From an uncultured delta proteobacterium (GTDB taxonomy: Bacteria > Desulfobacterota > Binatia > Binatales > Binataceae): a stretch of 64,000 nucleotides of DNA. A model generated the notes under the pieces. The model saw only the letters and a program-made list of their open reading frames with translations, was not told the origin of the DNA and ran no database searches. Location of the stretch: positions 648,258 through 712,257 of the forward strand of contig CAWICC010000005.1 in NCBI GenBank assembly GCA_963834535.1, read 5' to 3'. Positions within the stretch are counted from its first letter, which is position 1, and the number at the start of each line of letters is the position of its first letter. The position numbers and the translations under genes were made by a program. Positions 62,290 through 64,000 of the stretch are shown piece after piece.

Positions 62290-63984
62290 ATGCGAATGAG
62301 ATCGGGACGACCGCATTTCGGTATGGCGCTGCGCGCACTTCTAGGATCGATCGTGTTCATGCTGGCCGTCGCCGTGGCCCCCGCACTGGCGTCGCCGCAG
62401 ATCACTATCGGCAATCCCGGCCTCCAACATTTCGATTCCGACGGCGGCGTCGAGCTCGATTTCGGCCTCACCGACCCCGGCGGACAGCCAGTCGGCAATC
62501 TCCGGCCCGACAACCTCAAAGTCTATGAAGACGGCACCCTCGCCAAGATTCTCGACTTTCGCGGCGTCGGCCAGGGTCGCCCCGTCGATATCGTTTTCGT
62601 GATGGACATAACCGAGTCCATGCAGCCCTACATCGACGCGGTCAAGCAGAACATCATCCAGTTCGCGCAGGACCTCGCCGCCAATAATCGCGACTATCGC
62701 CTCGGCCTCGTCACCTTCGAGGACTACGTCGTCTCCAAGTACCCCGACTGCAATTGCGAGTACCGCGAAACGATGACCTCCGACGTGCAGAAGTTCATCG
62801 GCTGGGTCGGCACGCTGCACGCCGGCGGTGGCGGCGATATTCCCGAGGATCAACTCGACGCGCTCGCCTATGCCGCATCGTTTCCGTTTCGTCCCGATGC
62901 CCAGGCCATCGTGATCATCGTCACCGACGCGCCGCCCCATCACGACGGCGACGGTTCCGCCAACACGCAGCACGATCAGGCCTTCTGGGATCATCACCAG
63001 GCCGGCGTCCAGGTTACGGACGAAACCGGTGACAAGGTCGCCGCCCTGATGCAGAAAAACGGAGTTACCCTCTACGCCGTCGCGCCGCCGCCGTTCATCG
63101 CGCCCGAGTACGCCGAAATCGTGCAATCCACCCACGGCCGTCTTTACAACATCGTCACCGAGGAAAATCGCTTTCCCGAACTCGTCCGCGAAATCGGCCA
63201 CTCGATTGCGACCGAGTACTCGCTGACCTATCGCACCCCGAGGCCGATCGAGGACGGCACCGATCGCAAGGTCGAGCTTAAGGTCGATTACAACGGTGAA
63301 ACCGCGCAGGCCGAGACCTCGTACCAGGTGCGCGGCGTCGGCGGCGCCGCCATCAATATCCCCGACGAAGGCTCGTCCGATAACGGCGCCGGCGGCGGCA
63401 CCGGTCTCTCGCAGCTCGCCTTCTCGTGGTGGAACGCTGCGGTCCCGCTGGTCGCCATAATCGGGCTGTTGGGACTGTCGCGAATGCGCTTCGGCGTCTC
63501 GCCGGAAGAACTCAAATCGATCGTCGAAGCCCAGAGCAAGGCCGCTCCCGTCAGCGCCGGCAATATCGTAGCGAGCGCCCGCGATATGGTCTCGCGCCAG
63601 CGCGCGCGGCCCGCGCCGCCGCCGCCCGCCAGCACCGCTCCGGCGCCCAGCGCCGTTCGTCCGGCGCCGCCCCCGCGCTCGGGTCCGATGACGGAGGCGC
63701 GCCTCACTACCGTCAATCCGGTTGACCCGCTGCCCGCCGAATACGCCCTGCTCAAGGACGAGATTTCACTCGGGCGTGGCGAGACCAACGACGTCGTTAT
63801 CCCTCACGCCAGCATCTCGCGCGCCCACGCCCGCCTGATGCGCCGTAACGGAACCTATGAGCTGATGGACCTGAATTCGACCAACGGCAGCTACGTCAAC
63901 GAACAGCCCGTGCAAGGCTCCGTGATCGTCGCCAACGGCAGCGAGGTGCGTCTGGGCGATATCAAGTTCATTCTGCGCTTCTGA
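62290..63984 (+). CDS. membrane protein with periplasmic vWA domain, single TM helix, Pro-rich linker and C-terminal cytoplasmic FHA domain
   Basis: Signal peptide (LLGSIVFMLAVAVAPALA). vWA with MIDAS-like VFVMDITESMQ and a second aspartate stretch. TM helix (WWNAAVPLVAIIGLLGL). PAPPPPASTAPAPS linker. FHA signature (ISLGRGETNDVVIPHASISRAHARL...LMDLNSTNGSYVNEQPV...VRLGDIKFIL). Start at ATG 62290 (MRMRSG); the ORF opens at 62161. Confidence 0.8.
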   Translation: MRMRSGRPHFGMALRALLGSIVFMLAVAVAPALASPQITIGNPGLQHFDSDGGVELDFGLTDPGGQPVGNLRPDNLKVYEDGTLAKILDFRGVGQGRPVDIVFVMDITESMQPYIDAVKQNIIQFAQDLAANNRDYRLGLVTFEDYVVSKYPDCNCEYRETMTSDVQKFIGWVGTLHAGGGGDIPEDQLDALAYAASFPFRPDAQAIVIIVTDAPPHHDGDGSANTQHDQAFWDHHQAGVQVTDETGDKVAALMQKNGVTLYAVAPPPFIAPEYAEIVQSTHGRLYNIVTEENRFPELVREIGHSIATEYSLTYRTPRPIEDGTDRKVELKVDYNGETAQAETSYQVRGVGGAAINIPDEGSSDNGAGGGTGLSQLAFSWWNAAVPLVAIIGLLGLSRMRFGVSPEELKSIVEAQSKAAPVSAGNIVASARDMVSRQRARPAPPPPASTAPAPSAVRPAPPPRSGPMTEARLTTVNPVDPLPAEYALLKDEISLGRGETNDVVIPHASISRAHARLMRRNGTYELMDLNSTNGSYVNEQPVQGSVIVANGSEVRLGDIKFILRF

Positions 63985-64000
63985 AAACCGATCGCGCTGA

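Noticed and set aside
62341-63201. 286-aa minus-strand ORF inside the vWA-FHA gene
   Set aside because: Antisense to a gene with clear domain signatures. No motifs. GC-driven open frame.
1-64000. CRISPR arrays or other tandem repeat arrays
   Set aside because: No regularly spaced direct repeats were detected on inspection.

Overview
High-GC (about 62-65%) bacterial chromosomal segment. The gene content (a large hopanoid hpn cluster, FdsGBAD formate dehydrogenase, a kdp operon) fits an Acidobacteria-like soil bacterium, but I cannot assign the organism from sequence alone. Layout:
- 1-7150: 5'-truncated PPK2 kinase, NAD-dependent formate dehydrogenase fdsGBAD, Gfo/Idh/MocA oxidoreductase.
- 7450-21620: hopanoid supercluster (TetR, hpnH, ispA-like, Zn-ADH, shc, dxr, hpnC, hpnD, hpnE, hpnA, membrane protein, hpnG, hpnK).
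- 21687-34350: housekeeping genes (pepN, AKR, tam, isoaspartyl peptidase, ArnT/PMT-like glycosyltransferase, nadB, pgsA), ending in tRNA-Gly(GCC).
- 34400-37930: visibly lower-GC islet directly after the tRNA (OmpA-like lipoprotein, PLC/acid-phosphatase-family phosphoesterase, hypothetical).
- 38033-47125, minus strand: kdp locus (small ORF, kdpF, kdpA, kdpB, kdpC, standalone KdpD N-terminal sensor, PAS histidine kinase, sigma-54 NtrC-type regulator).
- 47352-57583: miscellaneous metabolism genes and an aconitase A gene broken by at least 11 frame changes.
- 57728-63984: envelope cluster (orphan HlyD, lipoprotein, 743-aa Thr/Pro/Gly-rich secreted protein, and a divergent periplasmic-vWA / TM / cytoplasmic-FHA protein). 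This is the best candidate for an undescribed system.

Single-base frameshifts also interrupt shc (1), kdpB (2) and kdpC (1). From sequence alone I cannot tell sequencing indels from genuine pseudogenes.
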